This document shows positions 55,206 through 64,000 of a DNA stretch of 64,000 nucleotides, piece by piece. The notes beneath the pieces were generated by a model. The model worked only from the letters and a program-made list of their open reading frames with translations, did no database searches and had not been told where the DNA came from. Made by a program: the position numbers and the translations under genes. The first letter of the stretch is position 1. Each line of letters opens with the position of its first letter. Source of the stretch: Ilumatobacteraceae bacterium. Its GTDB lineage: Bacteria > Actinomycetota > Acidimicrobiia > Acidimicrobiales > Ilumatobacteraceae. The stretch spans positions 11,725 through 75,724 of the forward strand of contig JANPLQ010000152.1 of the NCBI GenBank assembly GCA_031422395.1. The letters are read 5' to 3'.

Positions 55206-56123
55206 ATGATGCTCGCCGCGCTCGACCTCAACCTACTGGTGTCACTTGACGCGCTACTCCAGGAACGAAGCGTGACAAGAGCGGCGGATCTCGTCGGCGT
55301 CAGCCAGCCGACGATGAGTACAGCGCTGTCGCGCTTGCGCCGTCATTTCGGGGACGATCTCCTGACGCGCGTCGGCAATTCGTACGAGCTCACTCCACTC
55401 GCGGCGAAGTTGGGCGGCCAGACCGGCGCAGCGCTCGCCGATATCGAACGCATCTTCCTGCACTCGTCGCACTCCGACGCGATTCCGGCGCGCAAGGAGT
55501 TCACGGTTCTCGGATCGGACTACGCGATGGCGATCCTCGGCGAGCCGCTGGCCTCGCTCGTGGCAGCGCGAGCGCCAAATGTGCGGCTGCGGTTCGAACA
55601 TCACCACCCCAGCCAGATCGAGCGCGGGATCGAGACACTACGCAGCGTCGATGCACTCATCCTCCCACACGGTTATCTGCTCGACACCCCGCATTGTGAC
55701 CTGTTCACTGATCGCTGGGTCTTCCTGGTCGCCGCAGACAACCCGTCGATCGGGGAGCACTTGTCGATGGACGACCTGCGCGATATGCCATGGGTTTTGA
55801 CGTATCACAGTCAGTTTGCGTTCACCGCCGCCGGGCGGCAACTGCAGATGCTGGGGATCGAACCGCACGTCCAGTTCGTCGTCGAGAGTTTTCTCGCTCT
55901 CGCGCCCTACGTCGTCCACAGCGATCGGATCGCCTTGATTCAGGAGCGTGCAGCGAGCCTGCATATGCAAGGAGGAGGGCTTCGATGCGTCCCGTGTCCG
56001 TTCGATGTCGTTCCGCTCACAGAAGCACTGTGGTGGCATCCGATGCAGGATGACGTCGCCGACAACGTGTGGTTACGGAACCAGTTCATCGATGCGGGTC
56101 GACAAGTGGAAGGGATCTCGTGA
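55206..56123 (+). CDS. LysR family transcriptional regulator
   Basis: LDLNLLVSLDALLQERSVTRAADLVGVSQPTMSTALSRLR is the LysR HTH (NodD-like subtype). Confidence 0.9.
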   Translation: MMLAALDLNLLVSLDALLQERSVTRAADLVGVSQPTMSTALSRLRRHFGDDLLTRVGNSYELTPLAAKLGGQTGAALADIERIFLHSSHSDAIPARKEFTVLGSDYAMAILGEPLASLVAARAPNVRLRFEHHHPSQIERGIETLRSVDALILPHGYLLDTPHCDLFTDRWVFLVAADNPSIGEHLSMDDLRDMPWVLTYHSQFAFTAAGRQLQMLGIEPHVQFVVESFLALAPYVVHSDRIALIQERAASLHMQGGGLRCVPCPFDVVPLTEALWWHPMQDDVADNVWLRNQFIDAGRQVEGIS

Positions 56124-57103
56124 CCAAGTTCGCCACCCTGCCGGGACCGGGCCGCGATGGTTCGTTGGTCGTCGTATCGACTGACCTCACACGTGCAGCC
56201 AGCGCGGCGCCGGTCGCCGTGACCCTGATCGACGCAGTCGAACGCTGGCGCGAGACCGAATTTGCCTTGCTGGAAATCTCGATACAGCTCGAACGCGGTG
56301 AGGCACCCGGCGAGTTTGAGTTCGATTCCGGCGTCGCCCTGGCGCCGCTCCCACGATCCCCTCAATGGCTCGACGGCTCCGTGTTTCAGAGCCACCTCGA
56401 ACTGATGGCCAAGGCACTACATCCAGACCGACCGCACCAGCCCAGCCCATTCCCGCTCATGTACCAAGGCGCATCCGACGATTTCCAGGGATCACGATCC
56501 GAGATCGGCGGCTACCTCGAGAGCGAGGGGATCGACTTCGAGGGTGAGTTCGGTGTAGTCGTCGATGATGTACCGATACGCACGAACGCGACCGACGCGC
56601 TCGCTCATGTCAGGTTGATCCTGCTGCTGAACGACGTCAGTCTGCGCTCGTTCGCTGGCCGCGAGATCGGCACGGGGTTCGGGTTTCTCAATGCCAAGCC
56701 GTCGACTGCCTTCGCGCCGGTTGCGGTGACTCCCGACGAACTCGGCGACGCTTGGCACGATGGCCGGATACATCTGCCGATCAACGTCGCGCTCAACGGC
56801 GATTCGTTCGGTCATCCCCACGGTGGTGAGATGACATTCGGTTTCGGAGAACTGATCGAACATGCCGCCCGAACGCGTCGCCTGTCGGCGGGCACGATCA
56901 TCGGGTCAGGAACGGTCTCGAACGACGATCGTTCAGTCGGCTCGGCCTGCATCGCCGAACGACGAGCGATCGAAATCATCGAGCACGGAGCGCCCCGCAC
57001 TGCCTTCATGTCTGACGGTGACCGCGTAGTCCTCGACGTATGCGACGACCATGGCCATTCAATCTTCGGCCCGATTGAACAACGCGTGACCACGCCTGGC
57101 TGA
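56120..57103 (+). CDS. Fumarylacetoacetate hydrolase (FAH) family protein
   Basis: The N-terminus (TKFATLPGPGRDGSLVVVSTDL) is typical of the ~330-aa FAH subgroup, and a distal GTIIGSGTVSN is present. GTG 56120 overlaps the LysR stop (GTGA). Confidence 0.8.
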   Translation: MTKFATLPGPGRDGSLVVVSTDLTRAASAAPVAVTLIDAVERWRETEFALLEISIQLERGEAPGEFEFDSGVALAPLPRSPQWLDGSVFQSHLELMAKALHPDRPHQPSPFPLMYQGASDDFQGSRSEIGGYLESEGIDFEGEFGVVVDDVPIRTNATDALAHVRLILLLNDVSLRSFAGREIGTGFGFLNAKPSTAFAPVAVTPDELGDAWHDGRIHLPINVALNGDSFGHPHGGEMTFGFGELIEHAARTRRLSAGTIIGSGTVSNDDRSVGSACIAERRAIEIIEHGAPRTAFMSDGDRVVLDVCDDHGHSIFGPIEQRVTTPG

Positions 57104-57110
57104 ACGCGAC

Positions 57111-58769
57111 TCAGTTTGGAATGGTTGGCATGTGGATGAAGTCCCACGGCGATGTTTCGGTGACTCCGTCGTTGACGACGATGACGATCGGCCCGTCATC
57201 GCTGATCGCCTGCTCAAGTACCGGTCCGAGTTCGGTCGCGCTTCGAACTCGTTGGGCGGCGATCCCGAAACTCTCCACCAGCTGGACGAAGTCGGGGTTG
57301 CGCAGGTCGGACCCGATTCGCCTGCCACCGAACCGTTCGTCCTGATCGCGCCGAACGTTGCCGTAGCCGCCATTGTCGAAGAGGATCGTGACCAGTCCGA
57401 TCCCGTACTCGGCGGCCGTTGCCAGTTCTTGAACACCGAACATGAACCCGCCGTCGCCGGTAACCGACACGACCGCTCGGTCTCGGTTGGCGACCTTCAC
57501 GCCCAGCGCGGTCGGGAAGCCAAACCCCAGCGTTCCCTGAAATCCTTCGGTGACGTACGTCCGCGGCTCGTAGACAGGAAACGCGAAGTACGACGCGAAG
57601 CCCATCTGGGACAGTTCGGGCACGAGGAAACCGTCGCGAGGTAAGACGTCTCGGATCACGTCCCAGTAGCCGACTTGCGGCTGGACCCGCTGGAATCGAT
57701 GCCGAGCGTGCACCCGCAGAGCATCAAGGTGCCCGAGTCCGGCGCCGTTCGAATTCGGTCGTACGGCGGCTGCCAGCGCGGATGCGCCTGCGGCGCTGTC
57801 AGCGACGATCGCGACGTCAGGCACGAGTCGGTTCATCTCGACGGGATCGATATCGATCCGAATCAACTTGCGGCCGCCGCTCAACGTCGACTCGTACTGC
57901 ATCATGCTGCGCCAGCGCATCGTGAGCATTTCAAGACGCGAACCGATGCCGATCACGAGATCGACGGAATCCCAGAGCGTCCGGGCGGCGACCGGGTCAA
58001 GCCAGAGCGGATCGTCGGCAGCAACGATGCCGCGACCCGACCGGAACGCCGTAACGGGAGCACCGAGCAACGCCACGAGTTGACGAACTTCGACGGAAGC
58101 ATGTTGGGCTCCGGCGCCGACCATCACGAGCGGCTGCCTCGCCTCAGCAATCAACTTCGCTGCGGCCGCGATGGCGTCGTGGTCAACGTCCGTCGCGCGG
58201 CCAACCTCGGGAGTCTCGATCGAGGCTGGTCCCACCGATGCCATCACGTCCCACGCCATCTCGACGGTGGCCGGACCAGGCCGGCCCGACACCATCGTCG
58301 CCACGGCGGCGTTGATCACGCCACTCGCGGCGTCAGGTGATTCGATCAAACTGGCCGACTTGACGAGCCCGCGCAACGTCCCACGCTGGTCAGCCAACTC
58401 GTGGAGGTGACCTCGCCCGACCCCGTCAAACGAGGTCGGAATCTGACCCGTGACACCCAACACCGGACTGCAGTTACCCGCCGCGGTACAGAGCGCAGCG
58501 GTGGTGTTAAGTACGCCGGGCCCAGGTACAACAGCGAAGGCACTCGGCAGTCCGGTCGACTTCGCCGCCCCGAGCGCCATGTACGCCGCACCCTGTTCGT
58601 GGCGCGTCACAATCGTGTTCACGTCGAGCCGGTGCAGCGCGTCGAACAACGGATAGATCTGCGCGCCGGGAATCCCGAACACGGTCTCGATACCGTTGGC
58701 AATCAGCGACCGAACCATCGCCTCGCCGCCGGTCATCAATTCTGGCGCAACCTCGGGCGCGGGACTCAT
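57111..58769 (-). CDS. Thiamine-diphosphate-dependent enzyme (acetolactate synthase large-subunit-like fold)
   Basis: GGEAMVRSLIANGIETVFGIPG is present, and the ThDP motif is TGDGGFMF...LFDNGGYGN. Confidence 0.85.
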   Translation of the reverse strand: MSPAPEVAPELMTGGEAMVRSLIANGIETVFGIPGAQIYPLFDALHRLDVNTIVTRHEQGAAYMALGAAKSTGLPSAFAVVPGPGVLNTTAALCTAAGNCSPVLGVTGQIPTSFDGVGRGHLHELADQRGTLRGLVKSASLIESPDAASGVINAAVATMVSGRPGPATVEMAWDVMASVGPASIETPEVGRATDVDHDAIAAAAKLIAEARQPLVMVGAGAQHASVEVRQLVALLGAPVTAFRSGRGIVAADDPLWLDPVAARTLWDSVDLVIGIGSRLEMLTMRWRSMMQYESTLSGGRKLIRIDIDPVEMNRLVPDVAIVADSAAGASALAAAVRPNSNGAGLGHLDALRVHARHRFQRVQPQVGYWDVIRDVLPRDGFLVPELSQMGFASYFAFPVYEPRTYVTEGFQGTLGFGFPTALGVKVANRDRAVVSVTGDGGFMFGVQELATAAEYGIGLVTILFDNGGYGNVRRDQDERFGGRRIGSDLRNPDFVQLVESFGIAAQRVRSATELGPVLEQAISDDGPIVIVVNDGVTETSPWDFIHMPTIPN

Positions 58770-59794
58770 CGCTGACCTCCAGTGTCGGGATCAATTCGCA
58801 ATCGGCGGCGAATCGGGAATACTTCGAACGGCTTGCGCGCTTGGATCAGACCGTCGACACCTCGACGCGAGACGACTGCCATAAGGACCGCGATCGCACC
58901 AAGGATGATGAATCGCCATGTGTTGGCGTCTTCAAGTCTCCACGTGATGAACCAATAGATCGCCACACCGATCAAGGGCCCGAGTGTGCTCCCGACTCCG
59001 CCGATCACCACAATGAACACGACCAGTGCGGTCCAGCTGAGCACGTCGAAGGCATCCTTATTCGTGACGGTGGCGCTCTGAAGGTGGATCAGCGCCCCCG
59101 TCATTCCCGTCCAGAACGCAGCAATCACCCACACGACGAGCTTTGTGCGAGTCGCATTGACCCCGAGTCCGCGAGCGCCGTGCTCGTCATCACGAACCGC
59201 CTGCAAGGCCAAGCCGAGTCGCGATCGCAGGACGGCAACCACGATCACGGTGGCGCCGACGGCGAGCACGAGCGCTGCGTAATAGATCAGATCTTTGCGG
59301 GCTTGAAGCCCGTAGCCGGCGAACGTGTTCTTGACGGTCAGCGCCTGGACGTTTCCGGCACCGAGACTGTCGATTCGCAAAGTCGTCAGGCGGAGGACCT
59401 CGGCGATCACCCATGTGCCGATCGCGAAGTAGCCGCCGCGCAGCCGAAAGGTGAAGAGCGCGATCGGAATCGACAATCCTGCGACGAACAAGCCGGACAG
59501 CACGATCGACAGAAACGGATCGATCCCGTTTCGTTCGGCGAGCACGAACAGGACGTAGGCCGAAACTCCAACCAGCCCCTGCTGCCCGACCGAGACCAAA
59601 CCCGCGTAGCCGGCGAGCAGGTTCCACATCTGAGCGAGCGACAGGTAATAAAGAATTTCGATCATCGTCAACTGCGTACTTGCGCTGCCCCACAGCGGCA
59701 GCAACGCCAATGCCAACGCAGCGACGACATAGATCGGGGTGCCGACAAGCGAACTGCGTGACCAACGTACGACCTCGACGACGGGCACGCTCAC
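58766..59794 (-). CDS. livM: Branched-chain amino acid-type ABC transporter permease (LivM family)
   Basis: LSLAQMWNLLAGYAGLVSVGQ is the LivM signature. GTG 59794 overlaps the LivH stop (GTGA). The track's N-terminal extension overlaps livH and is Arg-rich. Confidence 0.85.
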   Translation of the reverse strand: MSVPVVEVVRWSRSSLVGTPIYVVAALALALLPLWGSASTQLTMIEILYYLSLAQMWNLLAGYAGLVSVGQQGLVGVSAYVLFVLAERNGIDPFLSIVLSGLFVAGLSIPIALFTFRLRGGYFAIGTWVIAEVLRLTTLRIDSLGAGNVQALTVKNTFAGYGLQARKDLIYYAALVLAVGATVIVVAVLRSRLGLALQAVRDDEHGARGLGVNATRTKLVVWVIAAFWTGMTGALIHLQSATVTNKDAFDVLSWTALVVFIVVIGGVGSTLGPLIGVAIYWFITWRLEDANTWRFIILGAIAVLMAVVSRRGVDGLIQARKPFEVFPIRRRLRIDPDTGGQR

Positions 59795-60660
59795 GATCGT
59801 TCCCTCGCTCCGAACAGGCCGCTCGGGCGGATGGCGAGCACGGCGAGAAACACGATGTGACCTGCGAGTGAGTTGGACCCAATCCACTGCTGGTTGGCGA
59901 GGCTCTGCGTAACACCCAGAACAATCCCGCCGGCCAACGTTCCCCACAGCGATCCGAGGCCGCCGATCACGACTGCCTCGAATGCAAACAAGAGCAGGAG
60001 ACCGCCGGACGTCGGAGCGAAGGTGGTCCGACCGCCCTGAAAGAAGCCAGCGAGCGCGACGGCGCCGAACGCGATCGCCATCGCTACTGCGTAGAGATGC
60101 TTGTCGTTGATCCCCATCAACTGCGCCGTCTTCGGATCGTCGGCCGTCGCTCTGAACTCGCGACCGAGCTTGGTGAGCGAGAGAAACAGCTGTAACCCGC
60201 TCAGCACGACGACGGCGACCAGCAGAATCACCAACGGAAACCATCCGATGGACACATCGTCGGTGACCTTGATCGATCTGGTCAGGATCGAGCCGAGTCG
60301 AATCGACTTGTCGGTAGCGGTGAAATGTTCTTGCAGCGCATTCTGGATCACGATGCCGATCCCGAAGCTGGCCAGGATTCCGGGAAGCGGATCGGCACCC
60401 AAGGTGAAGTTGAAAATGCCACGCTGGCTGGCATAGCCGATCCCCGCCATCACGACCACGACGAGCGCCATCGACAACCAGTAACTACCTCCGACAACAC
60501 CGGACCATGACAAGACGAGGTAAGCGGCAAGTACCGCAAGGTCGCCATGAGCAAGATTGACGAAGCGCATCACGCCGAACGACAACGAAAGACCCGTCGC
60601 AAACAGGGCATACAGTCCTCCAACCAGCACACCCTGGATGAGCGCGTTCATCCAAACCAT
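59791..60660 (-). CDS. livH: Branched-chain amino acid-type ABC transporter permease (LivH family)
   Basis: GLYALFATGLSLSFGVMRFVNLAHGD is the LivH N-terminal signature. Confidence 0.85.
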   Translation of the reverse strand: MVWMNALIQGVLVGGLYALFATGLSLSFGVMRFVNLAHGDLAVLAAYLVLSWSGVVGGSYWLSMALVVVVMAGIGYASQRGIFNFTLGADPLPGILASFGIGIVIQNALQEHFTATDKSIRLGSILTRSIKVTDDVSIGWFPLVILLVAVVVLSGLQLFLSLTKLGREFRATADDPKTAQLMGINDKHLYAVAMAIAFGAVALAGFFQGGRTTFAPTSGGLLLLFAFEAVVIGGLGSLWGTLAGGIVLGVTQSLANQQWIGSNSLAGHIVFLAVLAIRPSGLFGARERS

Positions 60661-61361
60661 CAGGCCACCCCGAAGTACGCGGCAGCGATTGCCTCACGTG
60701 AAAGCTCAGCGGGCGTTCCCGACAGCGACACGCGACCCTCCAACATGCAATAGACCCGATCGGCAGCGCCGAGCGCAACGCTGATGTCCTGCTCGACAAG
60801 AATCACGGTGGCGCCTGAAGCGACGATGCCCGGTAGCGCTTCGTAGATCCCCTTCACCACGACAGGTGCCAGTCCAAGCGAGACCTCGTCGAGCAGGAGT
60901 AGCCGGGGGTTGCCCATCAGCGCGCGTCCGATTGCGATTGCTTGTTGCTCGCCGCCCGAAAGTTTGTCGGATTGGCGTTTGAGCAGCGGCCGTATCAGAG
61001 GGAACAGATCAAGCACCGCCTCGATGTTCCACCGACCAGCGGCAGTTCGGTGTCCTCCGATCAGCAGGTTTTCCTCGACGGTCAGGCTCGCAAACAGCTT
61101 GCGGCCCTCGGGAACCAGCGAGATGCCGAGACCGACGCGGCGATGAGCGGGCATCGATCCAAGCGACTCGCCTTCGAACACGAGGCTGCCGGTCGTCGCC
61201 ACTTGACCAACGATCGCTCGCAACAGCGTGCTCTTGCCGGCGCCATTTGCACCGACGATTGCGACGATCTCACCTCGGTCAACGTGAATACCGAGGTCGA
61301 AAAGGGCTTGAAAGTCACCGTACCCGGCGTTGAGATTCTCGATCTCGAGCAGATGCGTCAT
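60660..61361 (-). CDS. livF: ABC transporter ATP-binding protein (LivF-like)
   Basis: Walker A is GANGAGKST, the signature is LSGGEQQ and Walker B is LLLDE. Confidence 0.9.
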   Translation of the reverse strand: MTHLLEIENLNAGYGDFQALFDLGIHVDRGEIVAIVGANGAGKSTLLRAIVGQVATTGSLVFEGESLGSMPAHRRVGLGISLVPEGRKLFASLTVEENLLIGGHRTAAGRWNIEAVLDLFPLIRPLLKRQSDKLSGGEQQAIAIGRALMGNPRLLLLDEVSLGLAPVVVKGIYEALPGIVASGATVILVEQDISVALGAADRVYCMLEGRVSLSGTPAELSREAIAAAYFGVA

Positions 61362-62086
61362 ACGTCGATAACTCCGAGGTAAACCTCGCGAACCTCTTCG
61401 CTCGACATGACCTCGTTCGGCTCGCCCTCAGCGATCTTGCGTCCGAAGCTCATCGCCATCACGCGTTCGACGACTGCAAGGAGGGCGTGAACGATGTGCT
61501 CGATCCAAACGATCGTGACTCCATCGGCGTGGATCTCGCGCACCTTGGAGACAAGTTCGTAAACCTCGGCTTCCGTAAGTCCTCCGGCAATCTCATCGAG
61601 TAACAGCACCTTCGGTTGCGTCGCCAGCGCTCGTGCCAACTCGAGTCGCTTGCGGTCGAGGAGGCCCAAAGCTCCAGCGACCGTGTTCGCGCGTGCGGCC
61701 ATTCCGGCTCGATCGAGCGCCTCTGCGGCGAGATCGGCCGCCACAGACGACCGTCGAATGGCGCCAAAAGTCGAGCCGACCAGCACGTTCTCGAACACGG
61801 TGAGTCCTTCGAACGGTCTCGGGATCTGCGACGTACGGGCAACCCCTGCGCGACATCGCGCCTCCGGTCGACTCGCAGTGACGTCATTGCCGAACAGTTC
61901 GATGCGACCGGAATCTGGCGTGAGGTCGCCGGCCATCAAGTTCAACAACGTCGTCTTGCCGGCCCCGTTCGGGCCGATGATTCCGACCGCCTCGCCCACC
62001 CCGACGGCAAAACTGAGGTCGTCGATGACCGGCACACCGTACGATTTGCTCACGCTGATCGCGCTGATCGCTGGTTCGCCTGTCAT
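61358..62086 (-). CDS. livG: ABC transporter ATP-binding protein (LivG-like)
   Basis: Walker A is GPNGAGKTT, Walker B is LLLDE and the signature variant is IAGGLT. The start is set at ATG 62086 with a GAGGGG RBS; the track start at 62113 would abut the hairpin. Confidence 0.8.
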   Translation of the reverse strand: MTGEPAISAISVSKSYGVPVIDDLSFAVGVGEAVGIIGPNGAGKTTLLNLMAGDLTPDSGRIELFGNDVTASRPEARCRAGVARTSQIPRPFEGLTVFENVLVGSTFGAIRRSSVAADLAAEALDRAGMAARANTVAGALGLLDRKRLELARALATQPKVLLLDEIAGGLTEAEVYELVSKVREIHADGVTIVWIEHIVHALLAVVERVMAMSFGRKIAEGEPNEVMSSEEVREVYLGVIDV

Positions 62087-62119
62087 CAACCACATCCCCT
62101 CGAGACGTCTCACTGACGC

Positions 62120-62152
62120 GATCTGGCGCGGGCACTACGCCCGCGCCAGATC
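62120..62152 (-). terminator. Strong intercistronic hairpin (14-bp perfect GC-rich stem, 5-nt loop) between the binding-protein gene and livG
   Basis: gatctggcgcgggc (62120-62133) pairs with gcccgcgccagatc (62139-62152). This is probably a partial terminator or mRNA stabiliser that raises the ratio of binding protein to membrane components. Confidence 0.6.
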
Positions 62153-62158
62153 GATCCT

Positions 62159-63562
62159 TTACGTGTAGGCGATCGGCTGCAACGTGCCGTCGACCGGGAT
62201 CGTGGGCAGCTGCTCGTTGGTCACGATCTTGAATTCGAGATCGAAGGTTTCGCCCTTCACCCATTGACCGCCCACGAGCGGCGTCTTGGTGATATGCGGC
62301 ACCACCGGGTTGGTGAAATCGACCTTGCCGGCGATCGTCTCAAGATTGGTTTCACCCATCGCCGTCAACAACGCCTGCTTGTCGGCGGCACCGCCGGCAC
62401 GCTTGATCGCGTCAAGCGCAACTTCGAACAACGAGTGCACATAGCCGATCGGCTGCGTCCATTGCAGACCGGTCTCCGCGCTGTACGCGGCGGCCAGCTC
62501 CGCCGAACTCTGGCCGGTCAGACTCGACTTGGTCGGGTGCTTGTCGGACCACCAGATCTCGGAAGAGAGTCCAATCGGATTCGGGTACGACGCAACCGCT
62601 CCGGGGAATAACAGACACTTTCCGACCGAAACGGCCTTCGGCTGGAAACCCTGCTGCTGGCATTGCGCCCAGAACGTGCCGAAGTCAGGTGGGATCATCA
62701 CACCCGTCACGATCTCGACGCCGGCATCTTTGAACTGGGCAATTTGAGCCGAGTAGTCGGTCGTGCCGAGTGGGAAACGGCCCGGGTCGACGAGCGTAAA
62801 TCCGCCCGCTTCGAGCGCCGGTGGGAAACCGACGTTGGGATCGCTCCAAGCGTTGCCGTCGGGATCATCGGGCCACATGGCTCCAACGACTCCACCTGGG
62901 GCGACATCGGCCCACATCTTGAGGAACACCTGAATGACATCTTCAAGACCCCAGAAGAAGTGATAGTTCCATTCCGACGCCACGGCCGGCGGCGCGTCCG
63001 GCCCGAGGTTGCCACCGATTCCAAGGTAGTGCGGTTGCCAGGGCGCATTGTTCGACAGCACAGGAATTTCATTGTTGGTGCACGCTTGCACGACGGGAAC
63101 GGTGGTGTCAGGTGTCTGAGCGACGCACATCAACTGCACGCCGTCTTTCGTGATCAGATCGTTAGCCACCGCTGCTGCCGTGGTGGAATTCGACTCGGAG
63201 TCACGGTCGAGGATTTCGACCGTATAACTTTTCCCACCGATGTCGACACCATCTTTCATGAACTCGCGCAACGCGTTGAGTACAAACACGTCGGCCTCGC
63301 CGAAAGGTGCAAGCGCGCCGGTCTGCGGCGTGACATACCCGATCTTGATTGTCCCGTCCTTGCCGCCCGTCTCGGTGGCACTGGCCGACGTCGACGATTC
63401 GCCAGACGCGGACGTCGCATCACCACCTGTGCTGCTCGCATCGTCTGCTGCTGGTTCGTCATCGCCGCAGGCCCATAAGACGACGCCTCCGACACCCACC
63501 GTGGCGGCCGCTGCAAGCAACTGACGGCGACTGAGTTTGTTGAAATTCGGTGTATTGCCCAT
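62159..63562 (-). CDS. ABC transporter substrate-binding lipoprotein (type I periplasmic binding fold, Liv/amide-type)
   Basis: A Tat-like RRQLL motif and the lipobox-like LWAC are followed by a low-complexity Ser/Thr linker, then IKIGYVTPQTGALAPFG, which is typical of LivK-like proteins. Confidence 0.85.
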   Translation of the reverse strand: MGNTPNFNKLSRRQLLAAAATVGVGGVVLWACGDDEPAADDASSTGGDATSASGESSTSASATETGGKDGTIKIGYVTPQTGALAPFGEADVFVLNALREFMKDGVDIGGKSYTVEILDRDSESNSTTAAAVANDLITKDGVQLMCVAQTPDTTVPVVQACTNNEIPVLSNNAPWQPHYLGIGGNLGPDAPPAVASEWNYHFFWGLEDVIQVFLKMWADVAPGGVVGAMWPDDPDGNAWSDPNVGFPPALEAGGFTLVDPGRFPLGTTDYSAQIAQFKDAGVEIVTGVMIPPDFGTFWAQCQQQGFQPKAVSVGKCLLFPGAVASYPNPIGLSSEIWWSDKHPTKSSLTGQSSAELAAAYSAETGLQWTQPIGYVHSLFEVALDAIKRAGGAADKQALLTAMGETNLETIAGKVDFTNPVVPHITKTPLVGGQWVKGETFDLEFKIVTNEQLPTIPVDGTLQPIAYT

Positions 63563-63622
63563 GGTTCTCCCCCGGTTTCCGTGTACATGAATATTGATCG
63601 TCGAGCGGCTACGTCGGCCGAC

Positions 63623-64000
63623 TTACCCTGCCGTGTAACCACCGTCCAGGTGTATCACAGCGCCGGTCATGAAGTCGGACGCTGACGACGCGAGAAGTTG
63701 AACTGCACCGTGGAAGTCGGATGGCTCGCCGAGCCGACCGATCGGTATCCGTCGGAGAATGTTCGCTCTGACTTCCGGGCCGCTGCCTTCGTCAGCGTAC
63801 ATCCACGCTGTCAAGTCGGAACGGAAGACGGTCGGCGCGATCGCATTGACCTGAACTCCGTGCGGGCCCCACTCACACGCAAGGCTCTTGGTCAGCAGAT
63901 CGATCGCCGCTTTCGACGGGCAGTACGCGGAATAGTTTGCCATGCCGAGTGTCGAACGAGCCGACGACATCAGAATCACCTTGCCGCCCCTGCGCTGGTC
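63623..64000 (-). CDS. Short-chain dehydrogenase/reductase, C-terminal part; the 5' end lies beyond the window end
   Basis: The catalytic motif is YCPSKAA (YxxxK), followed by VNAIAPT and the C-terminal DGGYTAG. The reading frame stays open to base 64000. Confidence 0.8.
   Translation of the reverse strand, partial: DQRRGGKVILMSSARSTLGMANYSAYCPSKAAIDLLTKSLACEWGPHGVQVNAIAPTVFRSDLTAWMYADEGSGPEVRANILRRIPIGRLGEPSDFHGAVQLLASSASDFMTGAVIHLDGGYTAG

Noticed and set aside
59795-60244. 150-codon N-terminal extension of the LivM ORF
   Set aside because: It lies entirely inside livH in another frame and is Arg-rich. A GTG at 59794 gives the usual GTGA coupling and a LivM-like N-terminus.

Overview
High-GC, densely coding chromosomal segment of actinobacterial type. 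Supporting signs are a fused E1/E2 Kgd-OdhA architecture, many ATGA/GTGA start-stop overlaps and Lys/Ala/Pro-rich tails. I call about 65 protein genes and found no rRNA, tRNA, CRISPR array, transposase or integrase. All functional calls come from motifs read by eye in the supplied translations or my own translations; no database search was possible. Several starts were moved off the longest ORF using overlap patterns, RBS-like purine runs and domain boundaries.

Layout:
- 1-30 kb: housekeeping and miscellaneous genes (xthA, an NYN-S1 RNA-binding protein, kgd, mutY, LOG, an acyl-CoA dehydrogenase, hrpB, class I fumarase), plus two type II toxin-antitoxin pairs in the window overall.
- 30-44 kb: small oxidoreductase and hydrolase genes, an orphan AAA+ ATPase, a vapBC pair and an ECF sigma factor with a membrane-anchored repeat protein.
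- 44-64 kb: an aromatic/steroid-type catabolic island (TetR plus an hsaA-D-C-like operon, P450, a second extradiol dioxygenase, FAD monooxygenase, cyclase, LysR, FAH, a ThDP enzyme) followed by a Liv-type ABC importer.

Most notable observations:
1. Two track ORFs at 12363-12908 are one gene. It is recoded at an in-frame UGA inside a U-G-S-C-x-x-C motif, with a SECIS-like hairpin 11 nt downstream. This is a UGSC-type selenoprotein, sitting directly behind a thioredoxin-fold::unknown-domain fusion and an Fe/2OG dioxygenase. This is my best candidate for an uncharacterised redox system.
2. The essential-looking kgd gene is interrupted by a single in-frame TAG.
3. A family of about 55-bp palindromic elements sits exactly at three convergent gene junctions. 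Two of the copies supply the last codons and the stop codon of the adjacent genes.
4. There are structured tandem repeats in two intergenic regions (35.2 kb and 52.8 kb).
5. In-frame 12/15-bp tandem duplications occur inside several genes, including hrpB.
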